Assembly (NCBI GenBank): GCA_043826455.1
Contig: JBDRQD010000025.1
Span: forward strand, 1 to 40,238
DNA length: 40,238 bases
Reading direction: 5' to 3'
Source of the DNA: Candidatus Bathyarchaeota archaeon
Lineage (GTDB): Archaea > Thermoproteota > Bathyarchaeia > TCS64
Under the pieces are notes generated by a model. That model had not been told where the DNA came from, did no database searches, and was given only the letters and a program-made list of their open reading frames with translations. Made by a program: the position numbers and the translations under genes. This document shows positions 27,079 to 36,679 of this stretch, piece after piece (within the stretch, counting starts at the first letter, position 1; every line of letters starts with the position of its first letter).

Positions 27079-28914
27079 ATGTCAAATGTTCATAGACAAT
27101 CCTTCCGGGTACTGGTCGTCTTCTTGCTACTAATAATCACGGGGTCAGTCTACGTCAACGGTCAGCGCCCTCACTACATCAGTTCGACGACGGGAGTCCT
27201 CGAGTTTCCATACGCGTCACCCGAGAGTCAGGGTCTGTCCAGCGAAACTTTAGCTAAACTGGCTGAGACTGTCCGTGACTATCTAGACGAGGAGACGATA
27301 GTCGGAGCGGAGCTGCTGGTAATCAAGAATCGTAACATCGTCCTCCACGAGGTGGTTGGATGGAAGGATCGAGAGAATGAGATCCCCATGGAAAAGAACT
27401 CGCTGTTCAACATCCGGTCGATGACGAAACCAGTCACAGGCGCCGCCGTCCAGATCCTTATAGATGAGGGACGCCTCCGCCTGGACACCGAGGCTGCCGA
27501 GTACATACAGGGGTTCGACAACGAGAACTCCCGGAGCATCACCGTTGAGCAGCTACTGTCCCACATGAGCGGGCTACCCCTCTCATTATTAACCTCCGCC
27601 GATGAGTACGAGACACTCTTCTCACTGGCCAACGCGACAGGTAATCTTGGGCCGGAGTTCGAACCCGGAAGCAAGTTCTGGTACAGCGACGCGGGCACCG
27701 AGGTACTCGGAGCAATCGTCGAAGCTGAGACAGGGTACTCCCTGGACGCCTTCGTGACAGAGAGAATACTTGATCCCCTGAAAATGAACGACGCCTTCTA
27801 CTATCACCCGGCGACCCTCAACGACTCACGCCGGGACCGGATACCCGTTCTCTACGTGGGCGGAGTAGGCGAGTGGGTGAGAGTATGGTCACCCGATGAG
27901 CCACTGTACCCATTCGCCTTCGGCTCCCAGGGTCTATACTGCACGCCTGTCAACTACGCACGCTTCCTGGCGATGTGGATGGATGACGGCCAGATCGGGT
28001 GGAAGCAGCTGCTCTCCCCGACAGCTGTAAGACGCACCCTCACCCCGGTGACCAAGATGTCCTCCCTCGGATCAGACATGCCTTACCCCACGGGGTTCTA
28101 CGACCTGGAGGCCTACTACGGTCAGATGGCGATCCTGTTCTCCAACAGCACCACGGGAGAGCCTGAAGTCATCGGTCACAGCGGCTCAGACGGCACATAC
28201 GCCTGGGCGTGGCCTGAGCAAGACATCATGATCCTCTACTTCACCCAGTCCCGAGGAAGCACGTCGGGGATAAAGCTGGAGTCCAGGATAGATGAGCTGC
28301 TCATCCACCCTGAGCTGGCGGAGATTAACGCCAATGTGAGGGAGCAGTACGCCGACTACCTTGGAAGCTACACCGCCAACTTCGGACCCTTCCGGAACAC
28401 GGAGTTCAAGGTCACCGTGCAGAACGGGCGCCTGGCGGTCGATATCCCCAACCAGCTCGTGTTTGAGCTGGAAGAACCTGACGCGGAGGGGCTGCAGCGC
28501 TTCAAGATCATGGGCCAGATCGCCGTCTCATTCAACCTCGATGACAGCGGGGCCGTCACATCCATGACGCTTCATGAACCCGGAGGGGTCAACATACTGA
28601 CGAGGGGCCCACCCGCCCAAGAGGAGGCCTACCCAGAGAACATGGAGAGGTACGTGGGAGAGTACCAGACCGAGGACCCCAACATCACCATGAAGGTGGT
28701 CATCCTCAACGGCAGGCTCGCCCTCGACATCCCGGGGCAACCCATCCCCCTCGAACTCTACCCCCCGGACAACAACGGAATATGGTACATACGGGTTAAC
28801 CCCACCATCGCCGTGAGCTTCAACGTAGGCGAAGACGAAAAAATCCATTCCTTCAACCTCCACCTTCCCGATGGTACGGTGATCACAAGACAACGGATAG
28901 ACGATGACAACTAA
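27079..28914 (+). CDS. Secreted serine hydrolase (beta-lactamase class C / D-peptidase fold) with two C-terminal repeat domains
   Basis: SMTK (SxxK), YSD (YxN-like) and HSG; duplicated YxGxY...NGRLAxDIP domains. Confidence 0.9.
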   Translation: MSNVHRQSFRVLVVFLLLIITGSVYVNGQRPHYISSTTGVLEFPYASPESQGLSSETLAKLAETVRDYLDEETIVGAELLVIKNRNIVLHEVVGWKDRENEIPMEKNSLFNIRSMTKPVTGAAVQILIDEGRLRLDTEAAEYIQGFDNENSRSITVEQLLSHMSGLPLSLLTSADEYETLFSLANATGNLGPEFEPGSKFWYSDAGTEVLGAIVEAETGYSLDAFVTERILDPLKMNDAFYYHPATLNDSRRDRIPVLYVGGVGEWVRVWSPDEPLYPFAFGSQGLYCTPVNYARFLAMWMDDGQIGWKQLLSPTAVRRTLTPVTKMSSLGSDMPYPTGFYDLEAYYGQMAILFSNSTTGEPEVIGHSGSDGTYAWAWPEQDIMILYFTQSRGSTSGIKLESRIDELLIHPELAEINANVREQYADYLGSYTANFGPFRNTEFKVTVQNGRLAVDIPNQLVFELEEPDAEGLQRFKIMGQIAVSFNLDDSGAVTSMTLHEPGGVNILTRGPPAQEEAYPENMERYVGEYQTEDPNITMKVVILNGRLALDIPGQPIPLELYPPDNNGIWYIRVNPTIAVSFNVGEDEKIHSFNLHLPDGTVITRQRIDDDN

Positions 28915-29067
28915 CACCCCTATCTACTGTAAGGTACAAGATGGAGCCACATGGTTTTTACTATCCTGCTCCATCTCCAGCCACCTTTAGCAGCCTCATC
29001 TGAACCGCAACTTATCAAATCAGCTCAGCGAAGCAAGGAAGTAATGGGATAAAATGATGGGCGATGC

Positions 29068-30081
29068 TCAGCCGATGACCTGCTTGAAGACCCTCAGGTG
29101 GTTGCCGCCCAGAATCTTCAGAATATCCTCGTCGCTGTAGCCTCGGCCCACCAGCTCCCGGGTAATATTGGGCATCTTGGAGACATCCTCCAGGCCAGCA
29201 GGCGTGCTCCCGATGCCGTCGTAGTCGCTGCCCAGGCCCACGTAGTCGGGGCCCACCAGCTTCACTATGTGGTCAATGTGATCAACGAGCCTAGAGACGT
29301 CCGCGCCCTTGCCCTCCTCGGTGACGAAGGCCGGGGCGAAGTTCATGCCCATGACGCCGCCGTGGTCAACCAATGCCCTGATCATGTCATCCGTCAGGTT
29401 CCTGGGGTGGTCGCACACGGCCCTCGCGTTGCTGTGGCTGGCTATGAAGGGCTTCTTCATGACGTCGGACACGTCCCAGAACACAGAGTCGGCTAGGTGG
29501 CTCACGTCGAAGAGGATGCCCAGCCTGTCCATCTCTTCCAGGGCTTGGACCCCCAGCTCGGGAAGCTTGCTCTCAGAGCGTTTAGCCCCCAGGCCGTCCG
29601 CGAAGGGCGTCCGGTAGTTCCAGGCGAAGCTGAGCATCCTGAGGCCCAGCCTGTGGTAGACCCTGAGGACCGCGATGTCCCCCATCAGCGGCTCGGCGCC
29701 CTCCATGGCCAGGAGGCCGCACACCTTTCCCTCCTTCTTGGCCTTCAGTATCTCGTCGTGGGCGGTGACGGCCACTATCCCAGGGTTGGCCTCGATCTCC
29801 GAGTAGAACTTGTCAACCATCTGCATGGCGACCAGGGGGGCCTCGGGCACGAAGGCCCTGCGCCCCGTGTATATGGCGAAGGTCTGGCACGTGACGCCCC
29901 CCTCCACCATCCGGGGTAGGTCTATGTGGCCTTTGTCGCTCCGCTCCCCCAGCTTCCGCGCCGGCTGGCCCCAGCCCTGGGGCAGGAACTGCATGAGGGT
30001 GTCGCAGTGGGTGTCCACCACCACGGCCTTCCTGTGAAGCCTCATGGCCCTCTCTTCCTGGGCCTTGGATAACTCTATCAT
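29068..30081 (-). CDS. Membrane dipeptidase (peptidase M19)
   Basis: DTHCD, MEGAE, DVSH, ASHSN, HPRN and GLGSDYDG. Confidence 0.93.
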   Translation of the reverse strand: MIELSKAQEERAMRLHRKAVVVDTHCDTLMQFLPQGWGQPARKLGERSDKGHIDLPRMVEGGVTCQTFAIYTGRRAFVPEAPLVAMQMVDKFYSEIEANPGIVAVTAHDEILKAKKEGKVCGLLAMEGAEPLMGDIAVLRVYHRLGLRMLSFAWNYRTPFADGLGAKRSESKLPELGVQALEEMDRLGILFDVSHLADSVFWDVSDVMKKPFIASHSNARAVCDHPRNLTDDMIRALVDHGGVMGMNFAPAFVTEEGKGADVSRLVDHIDHIVKLVGPDYVGLGSDYDGIGSTPAGLEDVSKMPNITRELVGRGYSDEDILKILGGNHLRVFKQVIG

Positions 30082-30247
30082 GGCACTCCAATATTGGTGT
30101 CGCGGCGGGTGTAAAAGGTTTGAGAGCCACCAAGGCTACCATTAAACAGTCTGAAGCCAATGTCCACTTTCACCCGACTCTAACGGTGCATAGAGATAGG
30201 GTTTAAAAACACCGAGCGGATACACAACTGGAAACCGAGGCGCGCAG

Positions 30248-32308
30248 ATGCTCATCCGAGAAGTCATCCTTGAGAACTTCATGTCCTACAGCTACGCTAG
30301 GGTCCCTCTAAGGAACGGAGTCAACGTGGTCTGCGGGCCCAACGGCGCAGGTAAGTCCAGCCTGCTCCTGGGCATCTGCGTCGCCCTGGGGGACACCTAC
30401 ACAGAGCGGAGCAAGAGGCTGAGCGACCTCATCAGGTGGGACTCCGACGTGGCCAGGGTGACCCTGATGCTGGATAACAGCCCCGGGGAGACTGGGCTCC
30501 GGCCGGTGCCCCAGTTCAACATGGACGAGATAACCCTCAGCAGGACCCTCCGCAAGGACGGCAAGTACGGGTTCCAGCTCAACCAGAGGCACGTGTCCAA
30601 GGCCGACGTCGTTGACCTGCTGAAGGGCTTCGGCTTCGACCCCGACAACATGCTCATCATCATGCACCAGAACATGCCCGGCAGGTTCGCCAACCTGAGC
30701 TCCCAGGAGCGCCTCAAGATGCTGGAGGAGGCCGTGGGCTACGAGAGCTTCCGCCACGACGTGGTGGAGGCCAAGGTGAAGCTGGGAGGTATCCTCAGCG
30801 AGGAGCATAGCCTCAACCAGCTCCTGAACCAGGCCCGGGAGACCCTGGCCTACTGGAGGGAGCAGAACGAGAGGCTGCAAGAGAAGAGGCAGCTCCAGAA
30901 GCGGCAGACCTTCCTACAGCAGGAGATGGCCTGGAGCCGCGTCATGAGTCTGGAGGAGGCAGAGAGGCAGCTCCAGGGCGAGCTGGACGAGACGGAGAGG
31001 GAGCTGGCCCAGGCCGAGGAGGAGATGGAGCTCAACACCAAGAGGGTGGTGGACGCCGAGGAGAGCCTCCGAGCCATGAGGCTCCAGTGGAGCGATCTTA
31101 TAGAGAAGCGGATAGAGTCGGAGAGGACCGTAGGCGTCAGCGAGCACACCATCGCGTCATCCAAGGAGCAGCTGACCCAAGTCGAAAGAATAATCCAGAG
31201 CAGTAGCGAGCAGAGGAGGCGCTTCGAGTCCAGCATAAAAGCCCTTCTCAGCAAGGCCAGAGCCGGGCCCCAGAGGCTGGACGACTACTTCAACCTGTTC
31301 ACGGAGATAGAGGAGACCCAGACCCAGACCTACGAGAGCCTCAGCAACCAGTTCCTGGAGCAGAGGAGCAGCCTCCAGTCCGAGCTCACCCACTACACGG
31401 AGAGGCTGGGGGAGGCCGAGAGGGAGGCGGGGAGGCTGGTGGACGAGATGGAGGCCCTGCGGAAGCGGCTGGACGACACCAACGACCAGTACATCGACAG
31501 CCGCATCCAGCTGGCCCTCCTGAAGGACCGGCGAGGGCGGCTCAAGAGGCGCCTGGAGCAGGCCAGGGCCGAGATGGACCGGGCTCTCCGTGACCTCCGG
31601 GACGCGGAGGCCGAGGCCCTCATCAGGGGCCAACGGATAGAGACGGGTCGCAGCAGCGACGAGATACTCAACGAGATAAGGCGCACAGCGGGCATCCTCA
31701 TGGGCATGGCTGACGTACCCGAGGAGGCCGAGGAGATGTACGACAACTACAACACCACCTTCAGGGAGATAGAGCGGCGCATCCAGGAGGTCCGGGAGAA
31801 CCGGAGGCAGGTGCTTGAGGAGATCGAGGAGCGCAACAAGAAGTGGCTGGAGGTCACCGAGAACCTGCTGGACGAGGTGAACGCCAGGTACCAGAGCCTA
31901 CTCACCAGGCTCCAGGCCACAGGCGAGTGCAGACTGGTCAACAGCCACGACATAGAGGAGGCGGGCCTGGAGATACACGTGGGCTTCAAGGGCGCCGCCC
32001 CCCAGAAGCTCGACCTCTACACCCACAGCGGCGGCGAGCGGAGCACCAGCATCATGGCCTTCCTCTTGGCGCTGCAGCAGAACGTCCTCAGCCCCTTCAG
32101 AGCGGTGGACGAGTTCGACCTCCACATGGACCCCGGGAACAAGGAGTCCGTCAGCGAGTTCATAGTCCAGACCATGGAGGGCTCCACGGGCCAGTACATG
32201 GCCATAACGCCCAGCCAGGTGACGTTCCGCGGCCAGGACGTCCACATAATCATGATTCACAAGACGGAGGACGTTTCCACGCCCAGGATAGTGGAGGACA
32301 AGAAGTGA
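30248..32308 (+). CDS. Short SMC-family ATPase (SMC5/6-like heads)
   Basis: [17 protein letters not shown]-loop MHQN, long coiled coils, signature HSGGERS, and Walker B/D-loop [14 protein letters not shown]. Confidence 0.9.
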   Translation: MLIREVILENFMSYSYARVPLRNGVNVVCGPNGAGKSSLLLGICVALGDTYTERSKRLSDLIRWDSDVARVTLMLDNSPGETGLRPVPQFNMDEITLSRTLRKDGKYGFQLNQRHVSKADVVDLLKGFGFDPDNMLIIMHQNMPGRFANLSSQERLKMLEEAVGYESFRHDVVEAKVKLGGILSEEHSLNQLLNQARETLAYWREQNERLQEKRQLQKRQTFLQQEMAWSRVMSLEEAERQLQGELDETERELAQAEEEMELNTKRVVDAEESLRAMRLQWSDLIEKRIESERTVGVSEHTIASSKEQLTQVERIIQSSSEQRRRFESSIKALLSKARAGPQRLDDYFNLFTEIEETQTQTYESLSNQFLEQRSSLQSELTHYTERLGEAEREAGRLVDEMEALRKRLDDTNDQYIDSRIQLALLKDRRGRLKRRLEQARAEMDRALRDLRDAEAEALIRGQRIETGRSSDEILNEIRRTAGILMGMADVPEEAEEMYDNYNTTFREIERRIQEVRENRRQVLEEIEERNKKWLEVTENLLDEVNARYQSLLTRLQATGECRLVNSHDIEEAGLEIHVGFKGAAPQKLDLYTHSGGERSTSIMAFLLALQQNVLSPFRAVDEFDLHMDPGNKESVSEFIVQTMEGSTGQYMAITPSQVTFRGQDVHIIMIHKTEDVSTPRIVEDKK

Positions 32309-33078
32309 GCGAGCTGGAGAGCGTCATAAGCCTCTGCCGAATGGTGCAGGCCGGCAAGATAGAGCCCTTCGACATAGACTTCGACTACATCATGGGCGTC
32401 ATCAGGAAGCACTACCCCAACATCAAGGACGTCCGCGAGTTCTGCGTGGACGCGGAGGCCCTCAAGGAGCTCAGCGGGGTCCTGGAGCGCCAGAACAAGT
32501 GGATAGAGCACCAGAGCAGCACCCTCTACAAGGACCCCTTCATGCTCAGCCAGCAGCTCATGCGCATGGACATAGGAGCCATAGCGGAGGCCTTCCTCAA
32601 GTCCTGGCACCCCGTCGTCGAGATCGAACAGGTGTCGGCCCGAACCCTGGCCGAGAGCCTGGGGTACTGGGGCGACCTGATACCCCTGGACGAGAGGTGG
32701 AGGAACCCCGACGTGACCGTCGTCGAGACGGGGACAGCCACCAGAGGCGAGGCCCACGAGCTGGGCCTCATCCCAGAGGAGGGGTTCATGGACCTCATAG
32801 AGGGCTTCTGGAGGGAGCTGGGGGAAAAGACAGGCATCGGTGGCCATTTAGATTACTGGGACTGGGTGGGCGCCGAGACCTACCACGAGACCGTGTACAG
32901 GGCCTACATGACGGTATTCATGGTGGGGTACGGGTACGCCAACGTGGAGTGGGATAGGCTCCTGGAGGAGACGGTCATCATCCACAACCCTGAGCCCCGC
33001 CCAGACCCGGGCCGGGCCAAGGTGAGCCTACCCGTAATGGTGGACTACGAGGAGTGGAGACAATGGCGAAGAGAGTGA
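32305..33078 (+). CDS. Kleisin-like (ScpA-like) protein
   Basis: GTGA overlap with the SMC stop. [12 protein letters not shown] resembles ScpA IDPWDIDI; C-terminal wHTH-like region. Confidence 0.65.
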   Translation: MSELESVISLCRMVQAGKIEPFDIDFDYIMGVIRKHYPNIKDVREFCVDAEALKELSGVLERQNKWIEHQSSTLYKDPFMLSQQLMRMDIGAIAEAFLKSWHPVVEIEQVSARTLAESLGYWGDLIPLDERWRNPDVTVVETGTATRGEAHELGLIPEEGFMDLIEGFWRELGEKTGIGGHLDYWDWVGAETYHETVYRAYMTVFMVGYGYANVEWDRLLEETVIIHNPEPRPDPGRAKVSLPVMVDYEEWRQWRRE

Positions 33079-33647
33079 GCAAGGCGGAGCAGGCGTACGC
33101 GCGGAAGGTCAAGGACGCCGTGCACCTGCTGTTCTTCAAGCACCACAAGCTACCCGGCGTCAGGGGCTGGGAGCTGAGGCAGGAGCTGGGCTCAGAGTGG
33201 CAGAGCGTGGTGGAGGTCCTGGACAAGCAGCTGCAGCCCCTGGACCTCCAGGTGACCAGCGTCACGGACGACCCCAGCATAGTGGAGCCCACGGGCAGCC
33301 AGCTAGCCGACGCCAGGTTCTACGTCACCCTCCGCGGCACCGTTGACCAGAAGACCGCCAAGACCATCGGGTGGAGGATAGACGACATCGCGGGTCTGGC
33401 CGTCAGCGTGGCCTACATAATCAGCAAGCAGGGTAAGGCTCCGCGGACGGACGTGGAGCGGGTCCTCCAGGACAAGCTGCCCGGGTGGAGGGTTAAGCTC
33501 AACCTGGACAAGTACATCCAGCAGGGGTACCTGGGCGTGGACGAGCAGGGCGTCATGTATCTGGACTGGAGGAGCCGCGCCGAGGTGGACACCAAGAAGC
33601 TGGTGGACCTGGTGGTGGGCTTCGGGAAGAGGGAGTCCCAGGCCTAG
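33063..33647 (+). CDS. KITE-like (ScpB-like) tandem winged-helix protein
   Basis: Overlaps the kleisin-like stop. [21 protein letters not shown] resembles ScpB LAIIAYxQPITRAEIE; 194 aa. Confidence 0.6.
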   Translation: MAKRVSKAEQAYARKVKDAVHLLFFKHHKLPGVRGWELRQELGSEWQSVVEVLDKQLQPLDLQVTSVTDDPSIVEPTGSQLADARFYVTLRGTVDQKTAKTIGWRIDDIAGLAVSVAYIISKQGKAPRTDVERVLQDKLPGWRVKLNLDKYIQQGYLGVDEQGVMYLDWRSRAEVDTKKLVDLVVGFGKRESQA

Positions 33648-33988
33648 TCTTCTTCGCCTCCATCGACGGTGATTGGGGGCAGGAGCGTCTGCATCTCCAC
33701 CACCTTCTCCACGACCCTCAGCTCGTTCCCGTCAAGGAAGTAGGCCTCCAGGGCCTCCCTGGGCAGGGACGCCTTCTCGTACCCGTGGAGCCTGAGCACT
33801 ATCTGGGCCCTCTCCAGCTGCCTCTGCAGCACGTCCTCCACCACGGCCACCCATGGTGAAACCCGCCAAGCCGTGTCGGCCCCGAAGAGGTCCAGCCCCC
33901 GCGGGAAGCTGTTCAGGTTGAGAAGGACGTCCTTCCCAGTCGTGAAAATGTATAGGTTTCCTCCATCCACCGCGAAGTGTTTACCCAA
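33644..33988 (-). CDS. Hypothetical protein
   Basis: 114 aa, coupled to the GT2 3' end, GC-rich codon usage like its neighbours. Confidence 0.65.
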   Translation of the reverse strand: MGKHFAVDGGNLYIFTTGKDVLLNLNSFPRGLDLFGADTAWRVSPWVAVVEDVLQRQLERAQIVLRLHGYEKASLPREALEAYFLDGNELRVVEKVVEMQTLLPPITVDGGEED

Positions 33989-35513
33989 CCACCATCCCCC
34001 TTAACGCTGATTCGATAAGGCCCGGGGCCAGGAACCCGGATATGAGTCCAACCAAGTGGGCGACCCTGTCCAGGAACGGCAACGCTATGAGGAAGATGCA
34101 AGCCGCGGACAGGAGCCTCCTGGTGGGCACCCACGGCGGCGGGTTGCCCGTCCTCACCGTCTCGCCGCCGCCCTTAGATAACCCTACATCCTTCAGCCAC
34201 CTGAACAGGCTCCTGAACTTGAGCCCTATGAAGCTCTCCGTTATGTACCCCGTCTTCAGGGTCCTTATCCAGGTCCCCTCATCCCCCAGCAGCCCCTTCA
34301 GCGCCGCGTAGGCCTGGTAGGGGGCCATGATGATGCTCAGGGCTATGAAGCTGAAGACCCCCGAGTAGTCCTCCAGTAGGTCGCCCTCCAGGAAGACTCC
34401 GGCCAGCCCCATCACGGGTATGGCCAGGAAGTTGCTTATCACCAGACCCCAGCCCAGGGTGGGCGTCCAGAAGGGGGGCCGCCTCCTGTAGACCTCCGAG
34501 ACTATCCAGCAGGCTGTGCCCAGGATGAAGAAGAGGGACTGGAGGTAGTAGGGGGCGAAGTAGATGAACTCCAGCTTCTCAGCCGTTGACAGCTTCGTTG
34601 ACAGCATCACCTTCCAGAAGTACCGGCGCACCGCGTGGGTGTGGCCCTCGGCCCACCTCATCCTCTGCCGCACCAGGCGGCTCACCGTGTTAGGTATCTC
34701 GGCGGGGGCCTGGATGAGGGGTGTGTAGGCAACCCTGTACCCCTCCAGGTACATGCGTAGGGTGAGCTCCCAGTCCTCGGTGATGCTGGTGGTCCACCCC
34801 AGGCCCCTGAGGACGTCGGCCCTGAGCATGAAGACGCTGCCGCTCACCATCTTCATGGCCCCCAGGGCTTCCTCGGCCACCCGCTCCACCATGTAGCTGC
34901 CGCTGTACTCGGCCCTCACCCCCTTGGTGAGCCAGTTCTCGTTCTTGTTCAGGTAGTGGAGCTGGTAGCCCTGAACGGCGGCCACGGGCTTGCCCCCAGC
35001 CTTCGCCCCCTCGTACACCCCCAGGAACTTGCCTATTATGTCGGGGGGCGGCACGAAGTCGGCGTCGAAGACCACCACGAACTCTGCTGCGGGGTGCATG
35101 TACCTGAGTGCCTGCTGGAGGGCGCCGCCCTTGAAGCCGCCCCGGTCCTTCCTGTGGACGAACTTGACGATGGGCCTGGTGATGCGCCACTCGGAGTCCC
35201 TGAGGACTTCTAGCGTCCGGTCCCGGCTGTCGTCCGCCACCAGAACCTCGTAGTTGGGGTAGTCCAGGTCCACACAGGCGTTGAGTACGCGTCTGGCCAC
35301 GTTCACCTCATTGTAGAAGGGGATGTGTACGGAGACGAAGGGAGCGCCGTCCCCGTTGGGCGGCTCTTCCTCCGGCGGCATGAAGTGGGCGGACACAGGG
35401 TTCGCCGGGTCCAGCAGGTTCAGGGCGATGAGGGTGGAGAAGTAGTACTTCAAGGCGTAGATGAAGTAGAGGCCGCCCAGAGCCAGGGCTAGGTATGATG
35501 CTGCCAGCCCCAC
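33981..35513 (-). CDS. Processive GT2 glycosyltransferase (cellulose-synthase-like)
   Basis: DDS, FKGGAL, DAD, TED, QRMRW and C-terminal TM helices. Confidence 0.92.
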   Translation of the reverse strand: MGLAASYLALALGGLYFIYALKYYFSTLIALNLLDPANPVSAHFMPPEEEPPNGDGAPFVSVHIPFYNEVNVARRVLNACVDLDYPNYEVLVADDSRDRTLEVLRDSEWRITRPIVKFVHRKDRGGFKGGALQQALRYMHPAAEFVVVFDADFVPPPDIIGKFLGVYEGAKAGGKPVAAVQGYQLHYLNKNENWLTKGVRAEYSGSYMVERVAEEALGAMKMVSGSVFMLRADVLRGLGWTTSITEDWELTLRMYLEGYRVAYTPLIQAPAEIPNTVSRLVRQRMRWAEGHTHAVRRYFWKVMLSTKLSTAEKLEFIYFAPYYLQSLFFILGTACWIVSEVYRRRPPFWTPTLGWGLVISNFLAIPVMGLAGVFLEGDLLEDYSGVFSFIALSIIMAPYQAYAALKGLLGDEGTWIRTLKTGYITESFIGLKFRSLFRWLKDVGLSKGGGETVRTGNPPPWVPTRRLLSAACIFLIALPFLDRVAHLVGLISGFLAPGLIESALRGMVVG

Positions 35514-35749
35514 GTGAACCTCTACCCCCCTTCACCTCTCAGACTCTGGGCTACCGGTCCGAGATGACATCCTTCAATCAGTGTTGAAGGATGACTAAAC
35601 ATTGATTTTTTTAGATATAAATTTATCTAACATTACAGCTCGGTGCCGTAATGACCCTGAAAAATATGACGGTGGACAACGAAGCCCTTTTAGCTGGGCT
35701 CATATTCCAGTAGACGATAAGCTACACCCACCAGTGGTGCACCTGCTAC

Positions 35750-36646
35750 ATGTCCGCCGAAGAAAGGAAACTAGACGAGCTGGAGGCCCAGGCAGCCGAG
35801 CTGCGGAAGACGCGCAACCAGCTATTTGAGCAGATCAAGAAGGCAAGGGAGGAGAGGGACCGCCTCAACGAGTCGTCCCGGAAGATGAGGGAAGAGGCCC
35901 TGAAGCACCGTGAGGAGAGGGACAGGATCAACACCAAGGTCCAGGAGGTAAAGAAGAGCCTGGGGCCCCTCTTCGAGGAGCTGGACGAGAAGAAGGAGCT
36001 TCTAACGGAGACTGAGAAGACCCTCCGGGAGGAGTACAGGGGCAGGCCCGACAAGTCCAAGGTGGAGAGGGACCTGAACCGCACTGAGTGGGAGATCATG
36101 ACCACCCCCACCAGGGAGATGCTGGACAGGGAGGACGAGATCATTGAGCGCGCCTCCAGGCTCAGGAGGAGCCTCGAAGAGTTCAAGGCCGTGGAGAAGC
36201 ATGAGGGTCGGCGCATGGAATACCGGGCCGAGAAGAAGGCCACGGAGGTGGAGATCAGGGCGCTCAGGGACGAGATCAGGCGGCTGAGCGATCAGAGCCA
36301 AGAGCACCACGAGAAGATGATCATGTTCCACGAGAAGGCGGACGCCGAGAAGAAGAGGGCCGACGAGACCCATGCGCGGTACGTGCAGAAGATTGAGGAG
36401 GTCAACGGCGTCAAGGAGGAGCTTAACGTCATCATGCCCCAGGTAGCCGCCCTCAGAGACGGCCTCAAGGTGGCGGACCTGCGGGGGGCAGAGCACAGGC
36501 GCATGTCGAGCCAGCAGAGGGCCGAGGCCATGAGGCAGGAGGCGCTGAGGAAGATGGAGAACGGGGAGAAGCTCACCTTCGAGGACCTTCGCCTCATATA
36601 CGGGGACGACGAGGACGACGACACCGAGGTCCTTGACCGCTCCTAG
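35750..36646 (+). CDS. Archaeal coiled-coil protein (COG1340-like)
   Basis: All-helical R/E-rich heptads, EWEIMTTP and C-terminal GEKLTFEDL. Confidence 0.8.
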   Translation: MSAEERKLDELEAQAAELRKTRNQLFEQIKKAREERDRLNESSRKMREEALKHREERDRINTKVQEVKKSLGPLFEELDEKKELLTETEKTLREEYRGRPDKSKVERDLNRTEWEIMTTPTREMLDREDEIIERASRLRRSLEEFKAVEKHEGRRMEYRAEKKATEVEIRALRDEIRRLSDQSQEHHEKMIMFHEKADAEKKRADETHARYVQKIEEVNGVKEELNVIMPQVAALRDGLKVADLRGAEHRRMSSQQRAEAMRQEALRKMENGEKLTFEDLRLIYGDDEDDDTEVLDRS

Positions 36647-36679
36647 GTTTTATCAACCCCTGGGCACCATTGAGAACCG

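Noticed and set aside
31843..32304. N-terminal extension of the 411-aa ORF 31843..33078
   Set aside because: It is an off-frame shadow of the SMC gene; the GTGA-coupled start at 32305 is far more plausible.
30248..33647. Calling the operon Wadjet (JetABCD), MukBEF or Rad50/Mre11
   Set aside because: There is no JetD/Toprim or Mre11 neighbour and no zinc hook, the gene order differs, and the SMC is much shorter.
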